This document shows positions 18,059-26,971 of a stretch of 47,693 bases of DNA, piece after piece (within the stretch, counting starts at the first letter, position 1; each line of letters starts with the position of its first letter). The stretch lies in the sequence record SRR20825006_962; one strand, given 5' to 3'. Made by a program: the position numbers and the translations under genes. The notes below the pieces were generated by a model. It made no database searches and was not told the origin of the DNA. It saw only the letters and a list, made by a program, of their open reading frames with translations.

Positions 18059-18910
18059 ATGATTGAGGATGATCCTATGTATAACTCTGTATCTTGGAAG
18101 ACACTCGTACTAGCGGCGTCGTTGTTTATTTCCACCGGAGGAGCGTCAGGACAAGATTGCCCGGTATTGGATGCGGCGATTCAGCAGGAGTTAAAAAAAC
18201 AGCATCTGGGGCCATTTGAGCCCTCTGGTGTAGCAATAGTGCACCGTGCTTATGCGCTGAGCTTTAATACCGAAACTTTGGTGCCTAACTGGGTGGCTTG
18301 GAGGGTGGATCCAAGTTACCGGGACACACCAAAACGTATGGGTCGTTGGTCCAGCTTTCGCCCAGATCCAGACGTACCCGAGAACTTTCGAGTAGTTGCT
18401 GAGGATTACACCAATAGTGGGTATCATCGGGGCCATTTGGCGCCGTACTTTATATCTGGTGGGGATCGTGACGGGGATGGTTTAGATGCAGAGTATGAAA
18501 ATAGGCCTGGCCTGCCCATTGAAGATATCGATGATGCGTGTACAGTTTTTGAGATCAACTACATGAGTAACATGAGCCCTCAACTGCCTCGGTTTAATAG
18601 CCAAGGAGGCGCTTGGTATGATTTGGAATCTCAGACGCGGGATGAAGTGGATGCTGGAGCGTCGTATCAAGTGATTGCCGGGAACATCTTTTTAGGTCAA
18701 TCGTTTAAAAAGATCGGGGCTGGCCGCCTTAAGATCTCGGTACCAGACGCTATGTATAAAATACTGTACGATGGCCAAAGCATGAGGGCATACGTGTTTT
18801 ATCAGGAAAGCGACTTTGGATATTCATTTGGCTGCTTACCAAAAGCAGAACTCTCAGCTTGTGAAGTATCCTTAGATGATCTTCGAACCCTTCCGGGTGT
18901 CAGCTTTTAG
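18059..18910 (+). CDS. Secreted DNA/RNA non-specific endonuclease (NucA/Serratia-type)
   Basis: Signal peptide, PNWVAW, FRPDP, DYTNSGYHRGHLAP, YMSNMSPQ...FN, VPDAMYK. Confidence 0.88.
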   Translation: MIEDDPMYNSVSWKTLVLAASLFISTGGASGQDCPVLDAAIQQELKKQHLGPFEPSGVAIVHRAYALSFNTETLVPNWVAWRVDPSYRDTPKRMGRWSSFRPDPDVPENFRVVAEDYTNSGYHRGHLAPYFISGGDRDGDGLDAEYENRPGLPIEDIDDACTVFEINYMSNMSPQLPRFNSQGGAWYDLESQTRDEVDAGASYQVIAGNIFLGQSFKKIGAGRLKISVPDAMYKILYDGQSMRAYVFYQESDFGYSFGCLPKAELSACEVSLDDLRTLPGVSF

Positions 18911-19071
18911 TAGGTGCCCGTGAGTGCGTCCGCAGGGACGGCCGAATTCACGGGCGGCCACGCCGCCTTCAATAAGAAAGATTGTATTGAGGCTCTGCCC
19001 GGGTGTCTGACCGATACCTAAGTATATCGTAATCGTCTTATACATGCTTATACATATGTATATTTCTATTA

Positions 19072-19242
19072 GGCTCAGGACCTATTAATTTAGCAGTGGT
19101 GTGTTCGTAGGATTTATGATTCAACGTTGTGGAAGGAGCTTCCACCATGTATGATTTGTATTATCTGAGCGACGACCAACTGGCCCGCATCCAATCCCTT
19201 TTCCCGCTGGCGCATGGCGTGCCGCGGATTGATGATGCTTAA
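19072..19242 (+). mobile_element. IS5-family (IS427-like) left-end remnant
   Basis: IR-like GGCTCAGGACCTATTAA; ORF from 19147 MYDLYYLSDDQLARIQSLFPLAHGVPRIDD, then a break. Confidence 0.65.
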
Positions 19243-19830
19243 TGAACGCCAACAAATGCAGATATGCTTTGTTTCTGTCAGAAAATTGACTCAATTGCTG
19301 AGCATTCGCTTTATGAAGCCATGTCGCGTATTATTCTGTGGCCTGATCGCTCAAAGATATGCCTTCGACGCAGGTACTGAAGTCGCGAAAATAATCTCTA
19401 AACAATTCGGTGTATGCGACGCTTCGGCTGATTTCTCCAGCCTTTAAAGATTGGCTAATAGTCTTCAGTGAAGTGATCGGATGTTTTGGCCGAGACGATG
19501 CACTGTCCTTCGAGAACAACATCGCGTCCAGCCTTCTACGGGCTTTCAAGTCCAAACTGGATTTTAGTGTTGCAAGAGTTTCCGTTCATTTGAATTGAAA
19601 CTTTCGGCAATGATACCGTTTAGCTCGTGATAGGAGGGAATTCTGATCTAAGCTTGCCAACAATAGTCCAGTAGAGCCGTTAAGATTTTCCGAGGCTTTA
19701 ACTGATTTTCAGCATGGCGCCGTGCTTGCGACTCTAAGATATCACGTGCTGAATTAGCAAACTCCCGCCAATTTAAGAGATCCAGTATGCGTCGTCTATG
19801 TCGCGTTACCAGGGTGCCTTCATAATGATC
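19238..19830 (-). pseudogene. Tn3-family transposase internal fragment with stops and a frameshift
   Basis: Manual translation: HRRRILDLLNWREF...PRKILTALLDYCWQA*IRIPSYHELNGII...ARRRLDAML...YLHLLAFIKH. Confidence 0.65.
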
Positions 19831-19831
19831 A

Positions 19832-20010
19832 TGATCTTCCCCCCAGATTGAGGCAATTTCCTAGGTTAGGAATTTGATGGTTATCATGCGACGGCCTTCT
19901 CAGCTACAGGCAAGTTAGCGGAAGGAGCCGGAGGCGACAGGAAGCGTCTTGCCTGTAGCTTTGCAAACGTCGCTGGCGGCTGGTACCCCAGCGAACAGTG
20001 AGGCCGTGAA
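19832..20010 (-). mobile_element. IS3-family right-end remnant
   Basis: RPHCSLGYQPPA integrase tail and terminal IR-like TGATCTTCCCCCCAGATTGAG. Confidence 0.55.
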
Positions 20011-20409
20011 AAGACGCTGATCATCATCGTCAACTGTGGGCAGGCGGCGAAGATCTGTTTCTGCACCTCGATGAACACCGGCCCGCGCGCTGAAAGTGGC
20101 TTCGACCTCGCACCGACCGAGATATTGGCAATAAGGTGGACCCAATTAGTCATCATAATATATTGCAGTTTATACCTACCTGCTCCTTTGCCTTGCGGCA
20201 GGTCACCGTTCGGTTGTACGAACTCGCGGGGCACTTAGTGTGTTTTGATTTGCACAGAGGAGTTCTGTGGTTTTGTCAACATTAGTCCCTGATAGGGCGA
20301 GCGTTCGAACTAACGTTGTATTGACCGCCTAACATCAACGTAAGAGTCCAAGCGCATCCTGACTATTGATTGCTCGAATCCCGACCAATCATGACAAAAT
20401 ATCGCCCCA

Positions 20410-20438
20410 TTGACTTATGTTATAGCGTATCTTAAGAA
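20410..20438 (+). promoter_or_regulatory. Putative sigma70 promoter with a degenerate Zur-like box in the spacer
   Basis: TTGACT-N17-TAAGAA; ATGTTATAGCGTATCTT compared with the Zur consensus ATGTTATAnTATAACAT; lies upstream of a ZnuD-like receptor. Confidence 0.35.
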
Positions 20439-20480
20439 CTGCTCTGTGAGCTGGAAGACTTAGCATCAAGGAAAACACCA

Positions 20481-20810
20481 ATGTCAGCGCACTGGCTACG
20501 TGGTCGGCGAATAATGAATTGGTTTGCAAGCCTGCATGTCGCACCGTTGCTTACGGCTATTTTCTTGTGCGCTCAAATCCTGGCGACAGCTCACAGCGCC
20601 TTCCATGCGGAGGTTGCTCACATCCATGGCGAGCCGCCATGTATCGTTGCAGCCGCGAGCAAACCATTCGACACGATGGATGTTGCCCCACCAATACCAC
20701 CTTTTGGGTGCAATACTTCATACCGCCTTATTGAGGCCTTTTCGCAAATCCCTGCACGAAACATAGCTGCCTCGACACATGCCATCAGATCCCCTCCTAC
20801 TTTCAGCTAA
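20481..20810 (+). CDS. DUF2946-like His-rich exported leader protein ending in RSPP (start may be 20514)
   Basis: Signal-like segment, AHSAFHAEVAHIH..C, C-terminal HAIRSPPTFS. Confidence 0.6.
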   Translation: MSAHWLRGRRIMNWFASLHVAPLLTAIFLCAQILATAHSAFHAEVAHIHGEPPCIVAAASKPFDTMDVAPPIPPFGCNTSYRLIEAFSQIPARNIAASTHAIRSPPTFS

Positions 20811-20924
20811 AGTGCGGAATCGCTCCAAACTGGCGCACCGTGCACTATTTCCACCAAATTTGATTTCAGCTGAATGAAGGGCTGGTCGGGCATATATGGT
20901 TCCGCGGCCCGTAGGACCTTTAAA

Positions 20925-23015
20925 ATGTTAGCTTCATCTACTCAAAACGCTCACTCACGCAAGTGGTCACTTTTGTTGTCGGCAAGCCTGTTCGCTGGCC
21001 CTGTCGCTTTGGCAGAAAGTTCGACAAAAAACGTACCGCCACTTGAGGACCATCTGGAAGAGATCATAGTCTCCAGCGCATTTGAAGGTCGCGAGCTCGG
21101 TGAGACGATCCTGGGTGCAACCGTACTCACAAAGCAAGATCTGGCACGCCAGATCAATGGTTCTATAGGCGAAACACTGCGCCGCCAGCCCGGCATGAGT
21201 TCCACCTTCTTTGGTCCTGGCGCCAGTCGCCCTGTGATCCGCGGGCTTGGCGGCGCCCGTATCCGGGTCTTGGACTTAGGCCTCGGTTCGCTCGATGCCT
21301 CTTCCACTAGCCCGGATCATGCCGTCGCTGCTGAACCCGCCCTTGCAGAACGCATTGAGATTCTACGTGGCACTGCAATGTTGATGTACGGCAGTTCGGC
21401 TGCTGGTGGTGTGATAAATATTTTCGATGGCCGCATCCCTATAACTGCGCCTGAGGACGGAATTGAAGGGGCGGTTCGCTATGGACACAGCAGTGTAGAT
21501 AATGGCGACGAAGCAACGGCAGCGGTTAATGCCCGCCTTGGTGCATTTGGCGCTACTGACATTGTTTTTCACGGCGATGTAAGCTGGCGAGACACAAATA
21601 ATTACAAGATTCCGGGCTTTGCACAGTCCAATACTCTGCGCGAACTTGAAGGCAAAGACGGTGGAGATATTGAAATTGCAGAAAACTCCGCGACCAATAC
21701 AACGGCTGGCTCGGCAGGGCTAAGCTTTATTTTTGGTAACGGGTTCTTTGGTATGAATGTAAAAAAGCTTAACAGCCAGTACGGTTTGCCGGGGGCGGCT
21801 CATGAAGAAGAGGGTGCTGAAGAAGAATCTGTCACCATTGACCTGGACCAGACTCGTTATGACCTACACGGCGAACTAACAGGCGACTATGGTTGGTTAA
21901 AAAAAGCGAAATTCCGATTTGGGTACGGCGACTTTTTGCACACTGAGCTTGAAGGCGAAGAGACCGGCACTGTGTTTGCCAACGAAGGGTGGGAAAGCCG
22001 CCTGGACCTTATCGAAAAAGGCGGCACAAACTGGAGCGGCGCAACTGGCATCCAAATGCAGTACCGCGATTACTCTGCTATAGGCGCAGAAGCATTTGTT
22101 CCTCCGACGCAAAGCACCCAATTCGGTTTCTATAGTGTGAAAGACTTTTCATACGGCGCTTGGCAACTCGAATTAGGTGGCCGCTATGAATACACCGAAC
22201 ACCAGGCAGACAGCCTTAATATGTCCCGTTCCTTTAACGGCATCAGTTTTTCCGCAGGTGCGGGTTACGACATAACCGAAGCAGCTTTCCTGGGGCTGTC
22301 AGTATACCGCACCGAGCGCGCGCCAGCTATCGAGGAATTGTTCTCCGATGGCCCACACCTCGCGACAAATGCGTTTGAACGTGGCGACACTTCTCTCGGG
22401 TTAGAAACGGCACTTGGCATCGAGGCAACCTATACATATGCAACGGGCCCGCTTAGCATCGTGATCAATGGCTTCTATACAGCCTATGATGATTTTATCT
22501 ATGAACAGGCAACCGGGCAGGAGGAAGACGACCTGCCGGTATTTGTATTCCAGGCAGCCGATGCGAAGCTTTATGGCTTTGAGGCCCAAACCAAGATCCA
22601 CCTCGGCGCGACAAAGGTGGGGGCCTTCGGAAAGGTCGATTGGGACCTGGACGCACAGGTAGATTATGTGCGTGCCGTTTTGAAGAATGGTACTGGCGAC
22701 ACGGACTTACCGCGAATCCCCCCGCTATCCGGCCTGATCGGCATAGAGGCAAGTACGCGTTTGTTTGACCTGCGGACTGAGTTTGAATACTCAGCTACGC
22801 AAAACAAGACTGCGTCGTTTGAACTTGCGACTGAAGACTATCTTCTTTGGAACACTTATTTGACCCTCCGCCCCTTTGACAATCAGCGCCTATCGGTCGA
22901 GCTACGTGGCACGAACCTAACCAATAGAGACGCCCGCCAGCATACGAGCTTCCTGAAAGATCTTTTGCCGCTGCCTGGCCGCAACTTTAGTATTTCACTG
23001 CGCGCGGAATTCTAA
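20925..23015 (+). CDS. TonB-dependent receptor, ZnuD-like (zinc/metal uptake); the ORF extends to 20874
   Basis: GETL..PGMSSTFFGPGASRPVIRG...DASSTSPDHAV plug, ELFSDGPHLAT, HTSFLKD...PGRN, C-terminal F; AGGA RBS before ATG 20925. Confidence 0.88.
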   Translation: MLASSTQNAHSRKWSLLLSASLFAGPVALAESSTKNVPPLEDHLEEIIVSSAFEGRELGETILGATVLTKQDLARQINGSIGETLRRQPGMSSTFFGPGASRPVIRGLGGARIRVLDLGLGSLDASSTSPDHAVAAEPALAERIEILRGTAMLMYGSSAAGGVINIFDGRIPITAPEDGIEGAVRYGHSSVDNGDEATAAVNARLGAFGATDIVFHGDVSWRDTNNYKIPGFAQSNTLRELEGKDGGDIEIAENSATNTTAGSAGLSFIFGNGFFGMNVKKLNSQYGLPGAAHEEEGAEEESVTIDLDQTRYDLHGELTGDYGWLKKAKFRFGYGDFLHTELEGEETGTVFANEGWESRLDLIEKGGTNWSGATGIQMQYRDYSAIGAEAFVPPTQSTQFGFYSVKDFSYGAWQLELGGRYEYTEHQADSLNMSRSFNGISFSAGAGYDITEAAFLGLSVYRTERAPAIEELFSDGPHLATNAFERGDTSLGLETALGIEATYTYATGPLSIVINGFYTAYDDFIYEQATGQEEDDLPVFVFQAADAKLYGFEAQTKIHLGATKVGAFGKVDWDLDAQVDYVRAVLKNGTGDTDLPRIPPLSGLIGIEASTRLFDLRTEFEYSATQNKTASFELATEDYLLWNTYLTLRPFDNQRLSVELRGTNLTNRDARQHTSFLKDLLPLPGRNFSISLRAEF

Positions 23016-23067
23016 AATGTCATATGTTTGAAAGCTCCTGACGACGGATAAGATGCATTGTAGCCAA

Positions 23068-23265
23068 AAAGATGCCGAAGCGCTGGAGCGTATGGGGCAA
23101 GTTGATACACCTACTGTCGACAAAGCTGCGCATATACTCTGGACAAACCAGTAATGATTCATATTGTTTTGCAAGGACATGTTTTAGAAGAAGACGTCTT
23201 GCGACTTGCTGCGAACCTTGAAAGAGGGAGTGAGCGTCCACTTGCGGAAGCAATTGTGACCGCCT
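23068..23265 (+). pseudogene. P1B heavy-metal ATPase remnant
   Basis: KDAEALERMGQVDTPTVDK (degenerate DKTGT) and LRLAANLERGSERPLAEAIV (SEHPLA-like) in different frames. Confidence 0.7.
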
Positions 23266-23365
23266 CGTATGATAAAGGCTACAGATATTCTGAAAAGCAA
23301 CTAAACGATAAACTGAATAAAATGTTAACAGTAGCTTCAGCAGGATAGATCTAATGCTAATGTGC

Positions 23366-23394
23366 TTGATCAGGAGCGCGTTCCGGTCTAGCCT
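23366..23394 (+). promoter_or_regulatory. Putative sigma70 promoter of leader 1
   Basis: TTGATC-N17-TAGCCT, positionally conserved with the promoter at 25168. Confidence 0.5.
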
Positions 23395-23424
23395 TCAGGC
23401 TCTAGTCAAGAACGTGGACGAAGA

Positions 23425-23784
23425 ATGACGGCAACCTTGGTTAAACGGCATGTAGCACTAACAGCGCTTTTCGCGCTGATGTTCATGCGTTTTATTGACC
23501 TAGCTGTCTTTGACATTGACCATGAGCACATCAAAATGTCGCATGTTCAGGTCCATGCAAGTGAAATTGCGCACAGCCATAACCACAGCGAGCCGACTGA
23601 GCATGATTCGCTGGACGGCAAGTCAGCCCATGTGGGGTTTCACACATTTCTGAATGTTTTCATTGACGTTGACGCTGTGGCACTACCTGTGTTCCATTAT
23701 TTTAATGCCCGCTTCGGCCTTGTGGCCAATGAGCGAGCGCGTACTTATGGGAACAGGCCTCCGGTCCCCCCTCCTTTAGTCTGA
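23425..23784 (+). CDS. His-rich exported leader protein, copy 1 (CzcI/DUF2946-like architecture, RPPVPPP tail)
   Basis: Hydrophobic N-terminus, His-rich middle, C-terminal RPPVPPPLV; 79/119 residues identical to 25227-25586 by hand count. Confidence 0.8.
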   Translation: MTATLVKRHVALTALFALMFMRFIDLAVFDIDHEHIKMSHVQVHASEIAHSHNHSEPTEHDSLDGKSAHVGFHTFLNVFIDVDAVALPVFHYFNARFGLVANERARTYGNRPPVPPPLV

Positions 23785-23848
23785 TTTCTTCAGATCGTGA
23801 TACCTGCACTGGGCTGTTGCCCGGTGCCTATTGTTGTATTTGATGAAA
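23785..23848 (+). promoter_or_regulatory. RNA hairpin covering the ribosome-binding region of the hupE/ureJ-like gene
   Basis: TTTCTTCAGAT/ATTTGATGAAA outer stem and GCACTGGGC/GCCCGGTGC inner stem; covaries with 25587-25650. Confidence 0.65.
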
Positions 23849-23855
23849 GTAAGAC

Positions 23856-24560
23856 ATGATGAATTTCCATGGGAAAGCAGCCGTTGCTGCTACCACTTTA
23901 TTAGCCATGCTTGTGTTTGGCCTCACGTCCGGCGCCTGGGCGCATGGGGTGGATGAAGGAACGAAGCAGTTTTTGCTTCAAAATGCCGGACTGGAGGTGA
24001 TTGCCTTTATGTATATCGGCGCAAAACATATGGTCACGGGCTATGACCATCTGTTGTTTCTCGTCGGTGTGATCTTTTTTCTCTATAAGTCCAAAGATGT
24101 GCTTCTCTACGTCACGCTGTTCACCATTGGGCACAGCCTCACGCTGATGACCGGCGTGCTGAATGACATTGCCGTCAATCCGTATCTGATCGACGCTGTC
24201 ATTGGCCTGTCGGTCGTCTATAAGGGGTTCGACAATCTGGGTGGGTTCGAACGCACGGTGGGCTTTAGGCCCGACACACGTGCGATGGTGCTGATCTTCG
24301 GCTTGTTCCACGGTTTTGGCCTAGCGACCAAGCTGCAGGATTTCCCGATTGATGAAGAGAGTCTTTTGGGCAATATGCTGTCGTTCAATGTGGGGGTGGA
24401 GCTTGGGCAACTGTCAGCGCTTCTGATCATCCTGTTGATTCTTGGATTCTGGCGGCACCATGCAAGCTTCCGTCGATTCGCCACCATCACCAATTTTTCG
24501 CTTATGTCCGCCGGGATGATGCTGATCGGATATCAGCTCACCGGCTATCTTGTTGCCTAG
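23856..24560 (+). CDS. HupE/UreJ-family metal-binding membrane protein
   Basis: AWAHG, GAKHMVTGYDHLLFL, FTIGHSLTL, FGLFHGFG, FNVGVELGQ. Confidence 0.9.
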   Translation: MMNFHGKAAVAATTLLAMLVFGLTSGAWAHGVDEGTKQFLLQNAGLEVIAFMYIGAKHMVTGYDHLLFLVGVIFFLYKSKDVLLYVTLFTIGHSLTLMTGVLNDIAVNPYLIDAVIGLSVVYKGFDNLGGFERTVGFRPDTRAMVLIFGLFHGFGLATKLQDFPIDEESLLGNMLSFNVGVELGQLSALLIILLILGFWRHHASFRRFATITNFSLMSAGMMLIGYQLTGYLVA

Positions 24561-24571
24561 GGAGGCCCAAT

Positions 24572-25144
24572 ATGTCTAACGATCATCAGTTGCTTTCAAC
24601 CAAATCTCTCGTGCGCGGCAGCCTTGTCGCTGCGGTGTTCGCCGGTGTGGTGCTTGTTACGCTGATCCTGCCGGCTGAATATGACGTCGACCCACTGGGG
24701 ACCGGCAAGGCGCTCGGGCTGACCGAGATTGCCGCTGCCGCAGATAAGGCGGAGACAACACCCGCGGCACCTGCAGAGGCAGCGCCTCCAGTACCTGCAG
24801 AGACCGCGCAAGTGTTCGCGGAGCGCGAGGACACCATTGAGATCCCGATCGCCGCGGGCAGAGGGCTTGAATATAAACTACATATGATGCCTGGCGCCAA
24901 GGTGAGCCATGAATGGAGCGTTGAGGGCGGCGAGCTCTATTACGACTTCCACGGCGAACCGCAGGGCGACACCACGGGCTATTATGAAAGCTTCGCTATC
25001 GCTACGTCAGCGGGCATGAGTGGGCTCTTTTACGCGCCATGGGAAGGCTCCCACGGTTGGTACTGGAAGAACAAGACCGACAAGGACATGACCATCAAGC
25101 TGACGCTGAAGGGCAGCTATGAGATCAAGGGCCTGAGGCAGTAA
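24572..25144 (+). CDS. Membrane-anchored periplasmic protein next to the HupE/UreJ gene
   Basis: TM plus LPAEYDVDPLG, Ala/Pro linker, GLEYK, YYDFHGEP, HGWYW. Confidence 0.75.
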   Translation: MSNDHQLLSTKSLVRGSLVAAVFAGVVLVTLILPAEYDVDPLGTGKALGLTEIAAAADKAETTPAAPAEAAPPVPAETAQVFAEREDTIEIPIAAGRGLEYKLHMMPGAKVSHEWSVEGGELYYDFHGEPQGDTTGYYESFAIATSAGMSGLFYAPWEGSHGWYWKNKTDKDMTIKLTLKGSYEIKGLRQ

Positions 25145-25152
25145 CGATCACA

Positions 25153-25196
25153 AGCGCGCCATCTGACTTGATTGATGGCGCGCTACCGTTTATCGT
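25153..25196 (+). promoter_or_regulatory. 11-bp inverted repeat overlapping the putative sigma70 promoter of leader 2
   Basis: AGCGCGCCATC/GATGGCGCGCT; TTGATT(25168)-N17-TATCGT. Confidence 0.5.
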
Positions 25197-25226
25197 CCCA
25201 ACTCTCGACTAAGAAGCGGCAGGCAG

Positions 25227-25586
25227 ATGACAGCAACCCTGATCAGACGGCACATGGCATTGACAGCGCTTTTCGCGCTGATGTTCCTGCGCTTTGTTGA
25301 TCTGGCTGTCTTCGACATGGACCACGACCATGTGGTCACGCCGCATGTGAAGGTGCATGCGAGTGGGATGTCGTACGGCCATGACCTGGACGAGCCGACC
25401 GAACATGCCACGCTGGACGTTAAGTCCGCCCATGTTGGGTTTCATACGCTTTTGAATGTATTCACCGATGTTGAGGCTGTGGAAGTCCCCGTGATGGTGC
25501 ATTTCACGGCTCGCTTTGGGTTTCACGCCAATGAGGATGCCCGCGCCCATGCGCACAGGCCGCCCGTTCCCCCACCTTTAGCCTGA
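25227..25586 (+). CDS. His-rich exported leader protein, copy 2, in the czcI position
   Basis: Paralog of 23425-23784, ends RPPVPPPLA, immediately upstream of czcC. Confidence 0.8.
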   Translation: MTATLIRRHMALTALFALMFLRFVDLAVFDMDHDHVVTPHVKVHASGMSYGHDLDEPTEHATLDVKSAHVGFHTLLNVFTDVEAVEVPVMVHFTARFGFHANEDARAHAHRPPVPPPLA

Positions 25587-25650
25587 TCTCTTCAAAGCCC
25601 AATACCCGCGCCAGGCATGTGCCCGGCGTGCCTTATTGTATTTGATGAGA
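25587..25650 (+). promoter_or_regulatory. RNA hairpin covering the ribosome-binding region of czcC
   Basis: TCTCTTCAAA/TTTGATGAGA outer stem and CGCGCCAGGC/GCCCGGCGTG inner stem. Confidence 0.65.
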
Positions 25651-25660
25651 GTAGAGCATC

Positions 25661-26971
25661 ATGACTTTTGAGAAGAGAGCAGCTTTTGCTGCTGTCGGTC
25701 TGTTGGCAGGTTTGGCGCTTTTGGGCGCGCCTGCGACGGCCGAGACACTGACCAAGGACGCTGCCATCCAGCGTATCCTTGACGCATCCCCGAGCCTGGA
25801 GGCCGCCCGCGCCCGTATGGCAGAGATGGATGCGGCCATCACCCAGGTGGGGGTGAAACCCAACCCAACCATTGGGGCGGAGATTGAGAACTTCACCGGC
25901 ACAGGCCCTTTCACGGGGCTTGACCGGACGGAGCTGACCGTCACCTACGCCCAGCAGTATGAGCGCGGCAACAAGCGCGGCCTCAGGACCGAACTTGCGC
26001 GCGAAGAAGCCGGGATAACCGAGGCAGAGTGGCATGTGCGTCGCCTGGACCTCATTCATATGGCCGAGAGGGCCTATGTGGAGGCTGTTGCGGCGAAGGC
26101 TCGCGTCGCCGCACTTGAAGCGCAACTGATGATCCTGCGGGACATCGAGACAGCGATCCGTAAACGGGTGACGGCGGGCAAGGATAGTGAGCTCGCTGCA
26201 CAGAACTCCGCTATCCGTACGTTGAACGCGGAAAACACACTGCAGGAAGCCAAGCGCCAGATGGAAACCGCCAAGCTGGCGCTCGCGGCCCTGTGGGGCA
26301 GCGACGCAGCAGAATTCACCTTGGCGTCCACGGACATGCTGGCGCTTCCCGTGGCGGTAAAGGCGGTGAACCCGGACACTGTACAAGATGGCCCTGATAT
26401 GGTGGTCTGGTACAAGAAAGAGGCGGCCCAGTCTGCTGCGCTCCGGCTTGAAAAAGCCAAGGCCGTGCAGGACCCAACGGTACGAGTGGGCCTGCGATAT
26501 CACCAGCAAACGTCTGATGTGGCCGCTGTCGCAGGTGTAACTATCCCGCTCGCTGTCCATGATACCAACAAGGGAAACATCAGCCGGGCACGGGCGGCGG
26601 TCAGTCGCAGCCGGTTCGAGCAGATGGAGGTTGAGCGTCAGCTTTCCCGCCGGTTGATGATGGCTCACAACCAGCAATTGACGGCCTTCCAATCAGCAAG
26701 GAAACTGGACGCCAACTGGCGCGCGGCGGAGACAGCCAAGCAGTTGGTCATGGACCGGATGGCCAAAGGGGCCGCATCATATCTGGATGTATTTGCCGCG
26801 CAATCGCTTCTCGCGGACATTGAAATGCAACAGCTTGACGCCGTTACCCGTTTTCATCTCGCTCAGGCTGACATCGATCGTCTGACAGCAACCTATTCCA
26901 CAGACGCGGTTACGCCCGCCGCTGCCATTGCAGTTGACGCGGATAACGAGACCGAACGCGAAGGAAATTGA
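25661..26971 (+). CDS. czcC: TolC-family outer membrane factor of a heavy-metal RND system
   Basis: Signal peptide, PNP...E.G.KR..R, PD...G...IPL...N.GNI; first gene of the CBA cluster. Confidence 0.88.
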   Translation: MTFEKRAAFAAVGLLAGLALLGAPATAETLTKDAAIQRILDASPSLEAARARMAEMDAAITQVGVKPNPTIGAEIENFTGTGPFTGLDRTELTVTYAQQYERGNKRGLRTELAREEAGITEAEWHVRRLDLIHMAERAYVEAVAAKARVAALEAQLMILRDIETAIRKRVTAGKDSELAAQNSAIRTLNAENTLQEAKRQMETAKLALAALWGSDAAEFTLASTDMLALPVAVKAVNPDTVQDGPDMVVWYKKEAAQSAALRLEKAKAVQDPTVRVGLRYHQQTSDVAAVAGVTIPLAVHDTNKGNISRARAAVSRSRFEQMEVERQLSRRLMMAHNQQLTAFQSARKLDANWRAAETAKQLVMDRMAKGAASYLDVFAAQSLLADIEMQQLDAVTRFHLAQADIDRLTATYSTDAVTPAAAIAVDADNETEREGN

